This document shows, in pieces, positions 21,700 through 31,680 of a stretch of DNA of 41,079 bases. The notes beneath the pieces are model-generated. The model made no database searches, had not been told where the DNA came from, and was given only the letters and a program-made list of their open reading frames with translations. Numbering within the stretch: position 1 is the first letter of the stretch; each line of letters opens with the position of its first letter. Source of the DNA: a virus. Taxonomy: Duplodnaviria; Caudoviricetes. Position numbers and translations under genes: made by a program. The stretch spans positions 1 to 41,079 of the IMG/VR virus record IMGVR_UViG_3300020045_003022; one strand, 5' to 3'.

Positions 21700-23094
21700 T
21701 TAGAGCCTCGCCGAGCATTTGATAACCGCGTTTGAGAATCCGTCGACGGTGGTGCCGGTAGAGTTCGTCGTCCGCACGATTACCCTGGCTGTCGTGGGCG
21801 ATACGGCAAAGGAATCACTAAAGCCTGATGTTTTTGTCCCCTGCACTAACGCAATTGTCGGAGTTGCACGCATAGCCACCGAAAAATTGAACTGGTGGGA
21901 TGCGCTGAATCCGTTTTGCGTATACTCAGCGACCTGCGTATCAAATGTCGTGTAGTACCGCTGGCATAACAGCAATTCTTGAGTTACCAGGCGATTTTCA
22001 AAAGGCAGCGCTTGGTCGCCAGGCTGTAACTGGGCGAGCGACAGCGTGCCGGTGTTGAATTCGACTGTTAGGTTGGTGCCGCCAGTGGCCGCGCCCGTGA
22101 CACCGCTAGCTGAATAGCTACCAGCGCCAATCTTTCCTTGGGCCGTTCCCACCCACGATAACGTATGCGTGCCGCTTTGCAGGTTCACGCCCTCCACCAC
22201 CTGCTGCAAGCTGCCGGCAGTGATTGTCAGCGTCGTTACGTTAGCCGTGGTTGCGAATGTGTATGTGCAGCCACTGGCGCCAGCCTTCCACCCATCATGC
22301 CCATAGTCGCCTGCCGCCAGCGTAACTGTCCCGGAAAGAGCGAGCTGGTTAACCGAAAAGGCCCCGTTTATTAGCCGGTTGATACCGCTGATATTTCCAA
22401 GCCCAAGCGCCGCCCGCTGTTCGGCAGTCGTACCAATAACCCCCCCGATCCACCAAGCATCGGCGCCAGTACGTTTCAGTGTGGCTGCACCATTCTGCGT
22501 GCTCAAGGTCAGCGACCCGGCCACAACGCCATTAAGCGATACGCCCGCATCTGCCGTGATGGTGATGTCACCAGTGCTCGATGGCAGGAAGTGCATCTCT
22601 GCGTCGGCCGTCCAAGCTACGGTGGCCTGGGCGGGGACTGTAGCGGTGTAGTTGCTGACCGTCGAGTTGACGTTGAATTTGTTGATATCGATCAAGGCGA
22701 GTGATCGACTAGCCGAAAGCGCCTGCACGACTGGTAGGGTTGCGCCTCCGCCAGTTGCGACAACCGTCCATACACCGGCCTTTAACTCATACCGAACAGC
22801 CTCATCTGCGACCCATACAGACCAGCCGTTTACTGGTGTTGAGAACGTCCAAGCTCCAACACTTGTCAGCCAATAGGCGAGCTTTCCAGATTGCCCGGAC
22901 CATGCGCCAGTAGCGCCAGCCGCAACGATATACATCGCTCCGTTTGCAGGGCTGACTGGTGGCGTAGCTAAATCCTTATCAACTACAACAGCTTGCGCCA
23001 GTTGATCCAATACAGCTAGAGCCTGGTTATGGGTTAGCTCTTTGCCTGCCTGCCCGACTACAAGCTCAGGCAGTGCGAGTTTAGGAGTTGTCAA
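21700..23094 (-). CDS. Tail fibre with N-terminal DUF2793
   Basis: TPKLALP...[15 protein letters not shown]...[11 protein letters not shown]; C-terminal NRLING...ELLLCQRYY module. Confidence 0.85.
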   Translation of the reverse strand: MTTPKLALPELVVGQAGKELTHNQALAVLDQLAQAVVVDKDLATPPVSPANGAMYIVAAGATGAWSGQSGKLAYWLTSVGAWTFSTPVNGWSVWVADEAVRYELKAGVWTVVATGGGATLPVVQALSASRSLALIDINKFNVNSTVSNYTATVPAQATVAWTADAEMHFLPSSTGDITITADAGVSLNGVVAGSLTLSTQNGAATLKRTGADAWWIGGVIGTTAEQRAALGLGNISGINRLINGAFSVNQLALSGTVTLAAGDYGHDGWKAGASGCTYTFATTANVTTLTITAGSLQQVVEGVNLQSGTHTLSWVGTAQGKIGAGSYSASGVTGAATGGTNLTVEFNTGTLSLAQLQPGDQALPFENRLVTQELLLCQRYYTTFDTQVAEYTQNGFSASHQFNFSVAMRATPTIALVQGTKTSGFSDSFAVSPTTARVIVRTTNSTGTTVDGFSNAVIKCSARL

Positions 23095-26000
23095 AGTGTC
23101 GCCTCCAATGGATAGCCGCGACCGACTACCGACGATAACTGATAAATTTTAACTGTTACTGCTGACTGATTAGAGCCGAAGTCTGTTATTTGCATTGCGC
23201 TAGTATACAGCACGCTAGGCGTGCTTGCTGTCAGCGTACGCTTAACAGTAGAGCCATCCATAACATCGACCTCATATGCCTCTGTTGCCTCGCCTATCGA
23301 TGCGTCAACATTATCGCGCCACGCACCGCCGACACGAGTTCGTCGCTGCCACTTAATTGTCAGATCATTAGCCGCTCTACTGCCAACAGGGTGCACTCCC
23401 GAATATGTTTCAAGGTTCACCGCATCATATGTGTATGCAGTACTAGTAGCGCTATCAATATCAGCGCCAACAGTAATCGCCCGATAATCGCGCGGCTGGC
23501 CAATGCTATCGGTTGTCATTCCGACAAACGCCAGATCAGGATCTGTCATCAATATAAAATAATCATTTGCAGCATGCATCCCAGTAGACCATTCCGTACC
23601 ACGATCACCGCGCCAGAACGTATCAAGAGTATAAGTGCCGTCGCCGTTAAGCGTTGCATTCTGAAAACGGATAATCTCCCATCGGCCACTGACTCCGTAT
23701 GCTGCGATATTTGCACCATTTAGCATCTGCGCCTCGGTCACGCTTTCGAGCGTTCCGGATATAAGCGAAACAGTTAGCGACCCGCCTTTTTGAATAAGGT
23801 TGCCAGCGTTAACTGCCAAAGGCGATTGAGCATATCCAGCTGTAGACTTCCCGTCGAACGCCTGTAAGTCAGTCCAAGTCTGGCCTCCGTCGGCCGTCTG
23901 ATAAAGCACGCCTCCCGGCCACCCAGTCGAGTATCCTGTAAACGCCGACGCGAACCCTGGCGCATTCTGCAATACTTCGTCGATCACTGGGCAGTCGATA
24001 ATAATCCCGATGGTAGATCCTGCGAGCGGTATACTTGCATCGCCCTGCTGTCCGCCATCACCTGGCGCAATGCTTGTATACGTCGATGCACTGCTTGGCC
24101 GCCCGGCGCACTCTAAACGACCATCCGCCGTGTAATTGACCGACACCAGGCGCAAAACATAATCAGCATCATCCGTTGCGATTGTGATCACGTCGCCGGC
24201 CTCAAGATAGCGATATGGTGCAGGCAGAACAAAGCTAAAGTCAGACTTTTCAAGCGCGTAAATACGAATCAGCTTTTCTGCTACCTGAGCAGACTGAGTA
24301 GCAGAAAGAACAACAGGTAAATCAATAACAAGCGAATTAACAGCCTCGGTATTGTCACGCTGTGCGCGCTGCTCGTTTACGTCATAGTCCCGATCACGGT
24401 CAATGTATTTAACCGTTACATTTTGCGGAAGTTGCGAATCCATTTCGCGCGATTCGGTAAGCTGCGTATCAATGGAAAGCTCACCAGCTGGAATAGTTAC
24501 AACTGACGCCGATCCTCGGCTTGTCGCCTTGATAATGTATCCAGATTGCACAACGTCGAACGGCCACGCTCCACGCAGCGGCTCAATTGCGTTGCGGATG
24601 CTGCCAGTTGCGGCGACCTTAAATCCTGTAACCGAGTCGGATAGTCCGGTCGTGTCGATATCGGCCGGCTTAATCAGCGCTGAGCGCTCTGATTCTTTTG
24701 CGACGATTGAAGACAACGGAACAAGCTCTGGAGTAACTATGTTTCTAGTGAACATAGCTAACTTACCATCAGATCCATAGTGGCTGAGCCATAATGCAAA
24801 AGTTCCAGATCTTGAGAAAACTCGGTAAAGGTAAGCAGAAGATGCTGGGTCAAAATCGTTTGTAGCATAACCAATAAGCTCAGCGGGAGCGCTGTAATAA
24901 TCCTTGCTGTAAAGGTTTCCAGAAGTATCAGAAAAAAACATAACATCATCACAAAATTCAATAGAGAAATTTAATATGCTGGCGTTTATGTCTGTAGCCG
25001 GATAAGAAGCTTGATAAGCTAACGTTTCAGTGTCAAAAAAGGAAAGGTATCGCTTATTGGCATCGCTTGAGTTTTGGCACCCTACGCAAAGACTCCCGCC
25101 GACTACTCCAAGCGCATCGATTGCGCCACCCGAAGCGACAAATGGCATAACAACTTGACTTGTCTCGCCTGTCGCAAGGCTTGCCTTTGTCACGGTTATG
25201 TCAGATCCATTACGCGATCCAAAGAAAATAAATCCATTTTTTATATGATAGGCAGACGCATAAGATGCTGGCGTATGATTATCATAGGTCGATACGTTGC
25301 CATTTTGAGATACGCATACAATACCTCCGTTACCTGTTGTTTTTGGAATGCAGAAAATATCTTCATCGCCTTGCCCGTTTACCGCATAACCAATGCCAAA
25401 TCCGTCAGGATCATTATTAGGTAAAGTTACTTGAAAAACACCTGACGGCCTGTATGTTCCGTCATTTAGGACTGAAAATCTTTTAATTTCAACGGCTGTA
25501 GATGTAGCCCATTCGCTGCCGATGCTCCAAACAGAAATAGACTCATCTGAACTGTATGGTGAATTTGTGTAGTTTCCAATAAGCCCCGGTATTAGTATGT
25601 CTGCGCCGTATTTTTCAAGCCCGCTATAATCTGATGAGCTAACAGTCTCAACCTTTACCTGCGCGCCCGCCACGCTATTGCCATAATTTGCCAGCGCCAA
25701 ATCCTTTACCACAATATAGGCAAGCCCTCGATATGCTGGGCAGTTAGCAACGCCCATTTCTGCCTGCATGCGTGGGTCAGGCTGCTGTGTGTCAGTACCG
25801 AGATAGATTGTGAACTTAGACGACGCATTATTGCTTGAAATTATCGTTTCCAGATCATCAGATCCGGCGTCATAAACAAGATCAGGACCGATCCATATAC
25901 GACGGACGCCAGCAATAGGGCCTTCGCACAAGCCAACTGCGAACGTGGCAAAGTAGGTGTAAGTCTTGACGGTGGTAGATGAGCCGCCACCTTTTCCGCC

Positions 26001-26309
26001 TGACTTTTTCTTTTTGACGACTTCTTTAATCTTGTTGTTTTCAAGCCAAAAGACGTTGCCGCTAATGCCGATTGTCCCGTATGTGCGAGGGATGAATTGT
26101 CCGTATGTGCTGGTCTGTACGGATAAATCGCCAAGGCGTGGTCCTTCGACGGTTGGACCCTTTGGAGGATCTAGCAGGCCGCCTGCCGTCATCCCAAGCT
26201 GTGCCCCAAGTATCGCGCCAGCCGCCAATGACATGCCGCCAGTTGGGGCGGCCAGTATCGCACCAATTATCGCCCCGCCACCTCCGCCAACAATCTGGCC
26301 AGTACTCAT
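23091..26309 (-). CDS. Central tail fibre/host-specificity protein (GTA-type tip megatron-like)
   Basis: GPRLGDL.VQTSTYG..IP..YG, FAVGLCEGPI, PAYRGLAY, WEIIRF...RGDRGTE, W.RRTR. Confidence 0.9.
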   Translation of the reverse strand: MSTGQIVGGGGGAIIGAILAAPTGGMSLAAGAILGAQLGMTAGGLLDPPKGPTVEGPRLGDLSVQTSTYGQFIPRTYGTIGISGNVFWLENNKIKEVVKKKKSGGKGGGSSTTVKTYTYFATFAVGLCEGPIAGVRRIWIGPDLVYDAGSDDLETIISSNNASSKFTIYLGTDTQQPDPRMQAEMGVANCPAYRGLAYIVVKDLALANYGNSVAGAQVKVETVSSSDYSGLEKYGADILIPGLIGNYTNSPYSSDESISVWSIGSEWATSTAVEIKRFSVLNDGTYRPSGVFQVTLPNNDPDGFGIGYAVNGQGDEDIFCIPKTTGNGGIVCVSQNGNVSTYDNHTPASYASAYHIKNGFIFFGSRNGSDITVTKASLATGETSQVVMPFVASGGAIDALGVVGGSLCVGCQNSSDANKRYLSFFDTETLAYQASYPATDINASILNFSIEFCDDVMFFSDTSGNLYSKDYYSAPAELIGYATNDFDPASSAYLYRVFSRSGTFALWLSHYGSDGKLAMFTRNIVTPELVPLSSIVAKESERSALIKPADIDTTGLSDSVTGFKVAATGSIRNAIEPLRGAWPFDVVQSGYIIKATSRGSASVVTIPAGELSIDTQLTESREMDSQLPQNVTVKYIDRDRDYDVNEQRAQRDNTEAVNSLVIDLPVVLSATQSAQVAEKLIRIYALEKSDFSFVLPAPYRYLEAGDVITIATDDADYVLRLVSVNYTADGRLECAGRPSSASTYTSIAPGDGGQQGDASIPLAGSTIGIIIDCPVIDEVLQNAPGFASAFTGYSTGWPGGVLYQTADGGQTWTDLQAFDGKSTAGYAQSPLAVNAGNLIQKGGSLTVSLISGTLESVTEAQMLNGANIAAYGVSGRWEIIRFQNATLNGDGTYTLDTFWRGDRGTEWSTGMHAANDYFILMTDPDLAFVGMTTDSIGQPRDYRAITVGADIDSATSTAYTYDAVNLETYSGVHPVGSRAANDLTIKWQRRTRVGGAWRDNVDASIGEATEAYEVDVMDGSTVKRTLTASTPSVLYTSAMQITDFGSNQSAVTVKIYQLSSVVGRGYPLEATL

Positions 26310-26734
26310 TCCGACACCTCAACAAAACGATAAATGCGCATGATGCGCGCGCGCCATAACTCATCAATGCGGTGCATGACCGTGCCGCCATGCTCTTCGC
26401 TGGTGTGGATGATATAAGGATGCCCGTCCATGTAGCCTGCGTGAATACCGATGTGTTGAGGCTGCTTGCTGATACGCATGGCGAGGATGTCACCCGGCGC
26501 CGCCTCTGAGACGCGCTCAAGACATGGCTGCGAATCAAGTTGCCTTTCTAGCTGGCCATCGTATGGATTGCGCGGGTAGCCCTTTGCGTCGATGTGCAGC
26601 AATCCAAGCTCACGGCAAATATGCACATAAAGCCCGGCGCAATCCAGCCCAAGGCCAGCAACGCGCCCCTGATGCAAAAAAGGCGTGCCAATTGCATCCT
26701 GTGCGACTTGTAGCGCGCGCTCTGCCAGCGTCAT
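26306..26734 (-). CDS. NlpC/P60 tail-tip peptidase
   Basis: IGTPFLHQGR...GLDCAGL...HIGI...IIH. Confidence 0.92.
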   Translation of the reverse strand: MTLAERALQVAQDAIGTPFLHQGRVAGLGLDCAGLYVHICRELGLLHIDAKGYPRNPYDGQLERQLDSQPCLERVSEAAPGDILAMRISKQPQHIGIHAGYMDGHPYIIHTSEEHGGTVMHRIDELWRARIMRIYRFVEVSE

Positions 26735-27555
26735 TTCAGGCCCCTTGTGGTGTATGTGTTGCTAGTCGGAATGCGCGTGAATCCGCCGAAGTTAAGGACG
26801 TTTGACCATTTGTCGCGGCAATCCTCAAGGCGCTTGCGGCATCCAGGCGTAATTTCAAATTCATCACCGACTTCTACGGGATAGAAAAATGCCTCGTATA
26901 GCTCAATTACACCGCCAACTCCGAACGCTTTAACCTCTTGCGATTTCAGTCCGACGTTTGCGCCAGTAGTCCAGACGATAGACCCTGCGCCAAAGTAATC
27001 AGCAGCACCAGCGAGCGCAGACGCGGTGAAGTTGTAGCGGTCTGTCACGCTGGTTACTGTTCCGGTGGATGGCGTTACCACCTTCTTGCAGCCTGCGTAT
27101 TCTTGGCCGCCAAACTTCTTTGGGCAGGTTGCGCCGTAAGTCTTGCCGATTGGCTGGTTTAGCGCATCAATCAGGCTCATTACTTCGATGCTATATCGGT
27201 CATCTTTCAGCGTAGTGCGCCCAAGAATGCCCTTGCTGATTGGCTCGTCATCCTCGACGGGAGCCGTCCACTCGGTAGCGAATACATACAGCTTGGCGTT
27301 ATCGAGGAATCCACTAGCAATAGACGCACGACTAATCCCGGCAAGTTCAATGATCCCCTCAAGGTCAAAGGTGCCCGGCGTCATGCTGGATTCTGTGGCG
27401 TTTCCGCTAAACTCATAACCTGCATCAGAGCGGTATAGATTACCGCCTAGCGTCAGATCGCGGATATGGTCAGTGATATAGATAGGTGAGCCGATTAACG
27501 GCTCAATGCGGACGCAAGTGATGCGAAACTGGTAGTCAACTACGCTGGCCTTCAT
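26731..27555 (-). CDS. DUF2163/BR0599-like baseplate hub protein (Fe-S cysteines)
   Basis: ITDH.RDL, CPKKFG...C, PGCRKRLEDCRDKWSN.LNFGGF..IP; start re-assigned to MKASVV. Confidence 0.9.
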   Translation of the reverse strand: MKASVVDYQFRITCVRIEPLIGSPIYITDHIRDLTLGGNLYRSDAGYEFSGNATESSMTPGTFDLEGIIELAGISRASIASGFLDNAKLYVFATEWTAPVEDDEPISKGILGRTTLKDDRYSIEVMSLIDALNQPIGKTYGATCPKKFGGQEYAGCKKVVTPSTGTVTSVTDRYNFTASALAGAADYFGAGSIVWTTGANVGLKSQEVKAFGVGGVIELYEAFFYPVEVGDEFEITPGCRKRLEDCRDKWSNVLNFGGFTRIPTSNTYTTRGLK

Positions 27556-27572
27556 GGCATAACCTCTGCTAA

Positions 27573-27588
27573 TGCAAAGATTATGCCA
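27573..27588 (-). promoter_or_regulatory. Late-promoter motif TGGCATAATCTTTGCA
   Basis: Matches the consensus; restarts expression after the inserted small gene. Confidence 0.7.
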
Positions 27589-27600
27589 CATTACGCAATG

Positions 27601-27759
27601 TTAAAAAACTGCGCGCGGTGACGGGTGATTGGCTGCGTAGGCTTCTGCCTTTGCGCGAATGGTTGCTAGCTTATGCAGCCATTCAAGCTCAGGGCTGCGA
27701 TAGGTAACACGGCCAGCACGGTTAGCGGCGAGGGTGATGCGCGATTTAAAAGAACTCAT
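27601..27759 (-). CDS. Small basic moron-like protein (52 aa)
   Basis: MSSFKSRITLAANRAG... with AGGAG RBS, between Dit and hub genes. Confidence 0.6.
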   Translation of the reverse strand: MSSFKSRITLAANRAGRVTYRSPELEWLHKLATIRAKAEAYAANHPSPRAVF

Positions 27760-27827
27760 TTCGTAATCTCCTGTTTGTGTGGCTGGAGAATAGTCTAGTT
27801 TTTCCATCGCGCGCCTACCGTTCGTCG

Positions 27828-28703
27828 TTATGGGTTAAGAATTTCCACCAAGTTAATCCCGCCAGTGCTTAGCGTGTCGAATGTTGCGAATGTCAGTCCC
27901 GATATGTCGCTATCGAAGCGCATGGGTAGATCGAACTCAAACCCGGCTGTAACAGCCTCGCCAGTGATCGGGTTAGTCTGCACCGTGCCGCCGCTGGTGT
28001 ATGTGCCGAATCCTGTCGAGTTGATTGCGACGGTGATAGTCGTTGCGTCTGTTGCGGTGATCAGCGCGCGCAGTCCGTTTATCTGCGTCATGCCGACAAC
28101 GCCAGAGAATGCGACAGATTCACCAATGGCGAACGTGTTCGATCCGACCGTGACGACTGCTTGCGCCGCTTTCGTAATGGCAGTGATAGCGCGGGTCTTG
28201 TTTGTTGCTAGCGTTACCAGACCTGTAGCGCTAGCGACTGACCACTGCCCAGACGGATATGCGGCGCCACCAACTCCAAATAGCACGGTGCCAGTTACCG
28301 GCTTAAAAACCGTACGGATAGGGCGCCCAATCGACAGCGTGCTACCTGCACCGCCATATGACTTCTGGAGCTGATACACGCCAGCCGAGACAAGCGCGCA
28401 AGCCTGGTCTGCAAATGTAGGTGTACCGGTGTAGCCATTGCTTGAAAAGTCGGCAATGTTCTTGACGCGAAAGCCTGCGAACTTTCCAAACACGCGATGG
28501 AATAGCGCCACTACCTCATCCATTACCCATAGCTGCTGGCGCATATCGAAAGACAAGTCATAACGCGCGCGTGGCGCATTGTGACGCAATCGCCTGTATT
28601 CGTTACCGTTCGCCGTTGTGTCGATTTCTACGGCGTACTCTTCGCCAAACGAAGAGCCGTAATCGATGTTAATGGGTAGACGGTCTTCCAAAAAGCTAGG
28701 CAT
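27828..28703 (-). CDS. DUF2460 distal tail (Dit-like) protein with an inserted beta domain
   Basis: FLEDRLP...GNEYR...GFRVK...TAGFEFDLPMRFD; start re-assigned to MPSF. Confidence 0.9.
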   Translation of the reverse strand: MPSFLEDRLPINIDYGSSFGEEYAVEIDTTANGNEYRRLRHNAPRARYDLSFDMRQQLWVMDEVVALFHRVFGKFAGFRVKNIADFSSNGYTGTPTFADQACALVSAGVYQLQKSYGGAGSTLSIGRPIRTVFKPVTGTVLFGVGGAAYPSGQWSVASATGLVTLATNKTRAITAITKAAQAVVTVGSNTFAIGESVAFSGVVGMTQINGLRALITATDATTITVAINSTGFGTYTSGGTVQTNPITGEAVTAGFEFDLPMRFDSDISGLTFATFDTLSTGGINLVEILNP

Positions 28704-30990
28704 AACGTGATCCCGAGTTGACTGCACCGAATACCGCGCGCCGCGTTGCGCCCGCGCTGCGTTCTGCTTCCCTGGTATTGGATACGCCAGGCTGATTGAT
28801 GATGATGGTATTTCCGCCACTCATTTTAGCGGTTGCCTCTCGCCCGGTCACGTTGACAGGGCCGCGCACAATCTCCGGGCCTTTCTCGCCAACGATGCCG
28901 AATTGGCCGCTTGGGATGTTTCCGCCATTATCGAAGAAGCCAGCGAAGAAACTGCCGATGCCAGACAGTGCACTTGCCGCTCCGCCGCCGCCTTTAGCGC
29001 CTGCACCAACTCCAAGCGCACCAAATAGTGACTCTGTAAGCTGCGCCGCTGCTGCCTCAGCAATCATGCGCTGTATCATGCTGCCCCAGCCGCTTAGGAT
29101 GTCTTTAAACGATCCGTTAAAGCCATTTACTAATGTGTCTGCAAGCTGGCTTTGAATATTTTCCTGAGCTGTTTTTGCGAAGTCATCTAAAGCGCTTTTA
29201 GTCTTGTCGGCATCCTCGACAATTTTTATAAGGCCGTCTGAAACCTCTTTTGAGCCGCGAGAATATTGGTCCTGGGTGATAACGCCAGTTTTGTATAAGT
29301 CATAAAGCCTCTGCTGCTTTGCTGCAAGCTTTTCAGTTGCCGACTCCATGCTTTTTATGAATGATTCGTTTTCGTTTTGCTCTTGTTTTTTTGCGGCTGC
29401 GGCTTCTTTGTCGGACTCTATTTTCTTTTTCTGCGCGTCTATAGATTCAAGCGCAATCCTTGCCGAAGCTAGTTGAGATTCGTTTGCTCCATCTTGTGCG
29501 AGTTTCAACAGGGTTACTTCTGTTGTGCTTTTACCTACATTCTGTGCCTGTAGCTGTAGTACTGAAACCTGCTCATTTAATGATTTTGTGTGCTCTGCGG
29601 CTGCTTTAGCGGCTCTTGCGGCTGCTTTTTCGGCAGCTATTTCTGCTTTTGTTTTGTATTCAATCGTGGGTATCGCTTGGTTGTTTTGCTCAGTCAGCTT
29701 TTTCTGCTGCTCGGCTAGCTGCTGCTGCGCCTGATATGCTGCAACCTGTGCGGCCTCGCCACGGGTGTATTGCTCTTCAAGCCTGACAAGCTCTACGCGC
29801 ATCTCTGCAACGCGATCTTTATTCAGGTACTTAGCTAGGCCGGTTTGCTGGTCAAAGCCAGAGAGTTCTGACTTTAGCTTTGCTATGGCGTCAGACGTGC
29901 GGACAAGATCGTCCTCGGCTGGCCCGCCAACAGCTGCGGCAAGTTCTTCGCCTACCCATTTGGTGAAATTGGTAAGGACTGGCAGTGCATTTGCTGCGGC
30001 GGTTGTGACATTGAGAATGCCCGCAACAATAGTGCCGAACGCTTCTTTAACTGCCGGATCAGAGATTGCTTTGTTAAGCTCTTCAACGGCAGTTTTTGCA
30101 TCGTTAAGATTTCCGCCGCTACCTTCCAGTAAATCGCCCAGAGAGTTTTGCAGGCTGGTAATTGCGCCGCCGAACGTATCACGCGCAGCACGCGCAGAGC
30201 CGCCAAATTCAACCGCAAGTTCTTTAAGAATTATCTTTTGAGCGCCTGCAACATCGCCAGTTTTTACAAGCGCCTCAATGACTGCTTTTTGATCCTCGGT
30301 AAAAGATACGCCTACACGCGATAGCGCATTGATACCCTGTACAGGGTCGTTTAGCGCCTTACCAACCTGAACAGCTGCGCCCTTAAGGTCGCCGCCCATC
30401 TTGGTTGCAAGATCAAGAATTGCCTCTGTTGCAGCGGGTACTGCGTCTTTTCCGATCTTGGTAAACGTCAGCAGTTGCGACTGCATCGAGATGATGGCAT
30501 CGTCGCCAAACGTGGTTACTTGCTGCAATCCTTGCGCCATGCCTACCAGCTCGTCAGACGACAAGCCAGCAGCGCCGCCAGTAGATTTTATCGTGGCGTT
30601 GAGCTGGGCAAGTGCGTTTTCAGATTCGATGGTGTTGCGGACAACGGCTTGAAAGAAGGCGCCACCGGCAAAGGCTGCTGCTAACCTGCCGATGTTACGA
30701 CCAAGCGAATCAGCATTGATAGATGCGCTTTTAAACTTAGATTCTACGCCTTCAAGCCCTAGCTCTGCTTTGCGCGCGCTAGATAGAAACCGCCCGTTAG
30801 CCTCCCGCAACTTACCAGAAGCGTCGGCATAAACCCCGGCAGCCTTTGCGGCATCGCTCAGCGCATCTGTTAGGCCTTCTGTGGCGCGCTCAGTCTGGCC
30901 AGACGAAGACCCGAGCTTCTTTAGCTCTTCTGTTGCCGTCTTTACGCCTTCTGTTGAAACTGATACTACAAGACTTGCCGTTTCAGTCAT
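28696..30990 (-). CDS. Tape measure protein
   Basis: Ala-rich helical protein; VGKALNDP; C-terminal FAGFFDNGG.IP.G.FGIVGE.GPE. Confidence 0.93.
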   Translation of the reverse strand: MTETASLVVSVSTEGVKTATEELKKLGSSSGQTERATEGLTDALSDAAKAAGVYADASGKLREANGRFLSSARKAELGLEGVESKFKSASINADSLGRNIGRLAAAFAGGAFFQAVVRNTIESENALAQLNATIKSTGGAAGLSSDELVGMAQGLQQVTTFGDDAIISMQSQLLTFTKIGKDAVPAATEAILDLATKMGGDLKGAAVQVGKALNDPVQGINALSRVGVSFTEDQKAVIEALVKTGDVAGAQKIILKELAVEFGGSARAARDTFGGAITSLQNSLGDLLEGSGGNLNDAKTAVEELNKAISDPAVKEAFGTIVAGILNVTTAAANALPVLTNFTKWVGEELAAAVGGPAEDDLVRTSDAIAKLKSELSGFDQQTGLAKYLNKDRVAEMRVELVRLEEQYTRGEAAQVAAYQAQQQLAEQQKKLTEQNNQAIPTIEYKTKAEIAAEKAAARAAKAAAEHTKSLNEQVSVLQLQAQNVGKSTTEVTLLKLAQDGANESQLASARIALESIDAQKKKIESDKEAAAAKKQEQNENESFIKSMESATEKLAAKQQRLYDLYKTGVITQDQYSRGSKEVSDGLIKIVEDADKTKSALDDFAKTAQENIQSQLADTLVNGFNGSFKDILSGWGSMIQRMIAEAAAAQLTESLFGALGVGAGAKGGGGAASALSGIGSFFAGFFDNGGNIPSGQFGIVGEKGPEIVRGPVNVTGREATAKMSGGNTIIINQPGVSNTREAERSAGATRRAVFGAVNSGSRYA

Positions 30991-31324
30991 TGCGCGCACT
31001 CCTTAAAATGGCGTCGTCTATCTTAATGAGTGCCGCTGCATCGCGTCCGCAAACTGGAGTACAGGTCATGCGAGACCAACTATCCATGGTTTCCCACGTT
31101 AGCGGGTCACTATTGCGCTTTAGCTCAAAGTACCAGCGCCACAAGTAGGCCAGCTCATCAGGTACGTCCGGCATTTTCAGCGCGTCTGGCTTTACTCCTG
31201 AGCGCTTCCATTGCCGGTGTAGCACTTCGCCCAACGTAAGGTCGCTATCCTTGCTAACCCGCTTTTGTAGTTTTGCCCATGCCTCGGCGTACTCAATTAG
31301 TCTGTCGAGGCCGGCACGAAAAAA
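30983..31324 (-). CDS. Tail assembly chaperone, -1 frameshift extension (gpT-like)
   Basis: Open frame from the slippery site: FRAGLDRLIEYAEAW...P.ELAYLW.WYFEL...LIKIDD. Confidence 0.8.
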   Translation of the reverse strand, partial: FFRAGLDRLIEYAEAWAKLQKRVSKDSDLTLGEVLHRQWKRSGVKPDALKMPDVPDELAYLWRWYFELKRNSDPLTWETMDSWSRMTCTPVCGRDAAALIKIDDAILRSARND

Positions 31325-31680
31325 TCAGCACTGCGCACCGACTGCTGGTCAATCCATTTTGCCAGATACGGGCGCTTTTGCAGCAACGCCAGCACGTTAG
31401 GCTGCGTGCATTCCTCTTCAAGCTCCCACGCCGCTACAAGGTAAGACATAGCGCGCAGACTGGATTCTTCGACCAGTTGTTGACGCTCAATCGGGCATTC
31501 GATACCGGCAAGCGAACCCGACAATGTAGCCAGCTCGACAGCCATAACGCGCCGGAAAATATCGCTCTGAGCGTGGCGAATGGTCATCTTTACCGATGGT
31601 ACGCCGTTAATGTCTGGAGCTAGGAACTCGCGGCCATCGCTGGCCGCCTCCAAGCTGTAACCGTCATTGAAACCAGCCAT
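31297..31680 (-). CDS. Tail assembly chaperone (gpG-like)
   Basis: Position between tail tube and TMP; ends in SADFF at a T-TTT-TTC heptamer. Confidence 0.85.
   Translation of the reverse strand: MAGFNDGYSLEAASDGREFLAPDINGVPSVKMTIRHAQSDIFRRVMAVELATLSGSLAGIECPIERQQLVEESSLRAMSYLVAAWELEEECTQPNVLALLQKRPYLAKWIDQQSVRSADFFVPASTD
31318..31324 (-). other. Programmed -1 ribosomal frameshift site T TTT TTC
   Basis: X-XXY-YYZ heptamer in frame; the -1 frame joins ORF 30983..31234. Confidence 0.8.
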
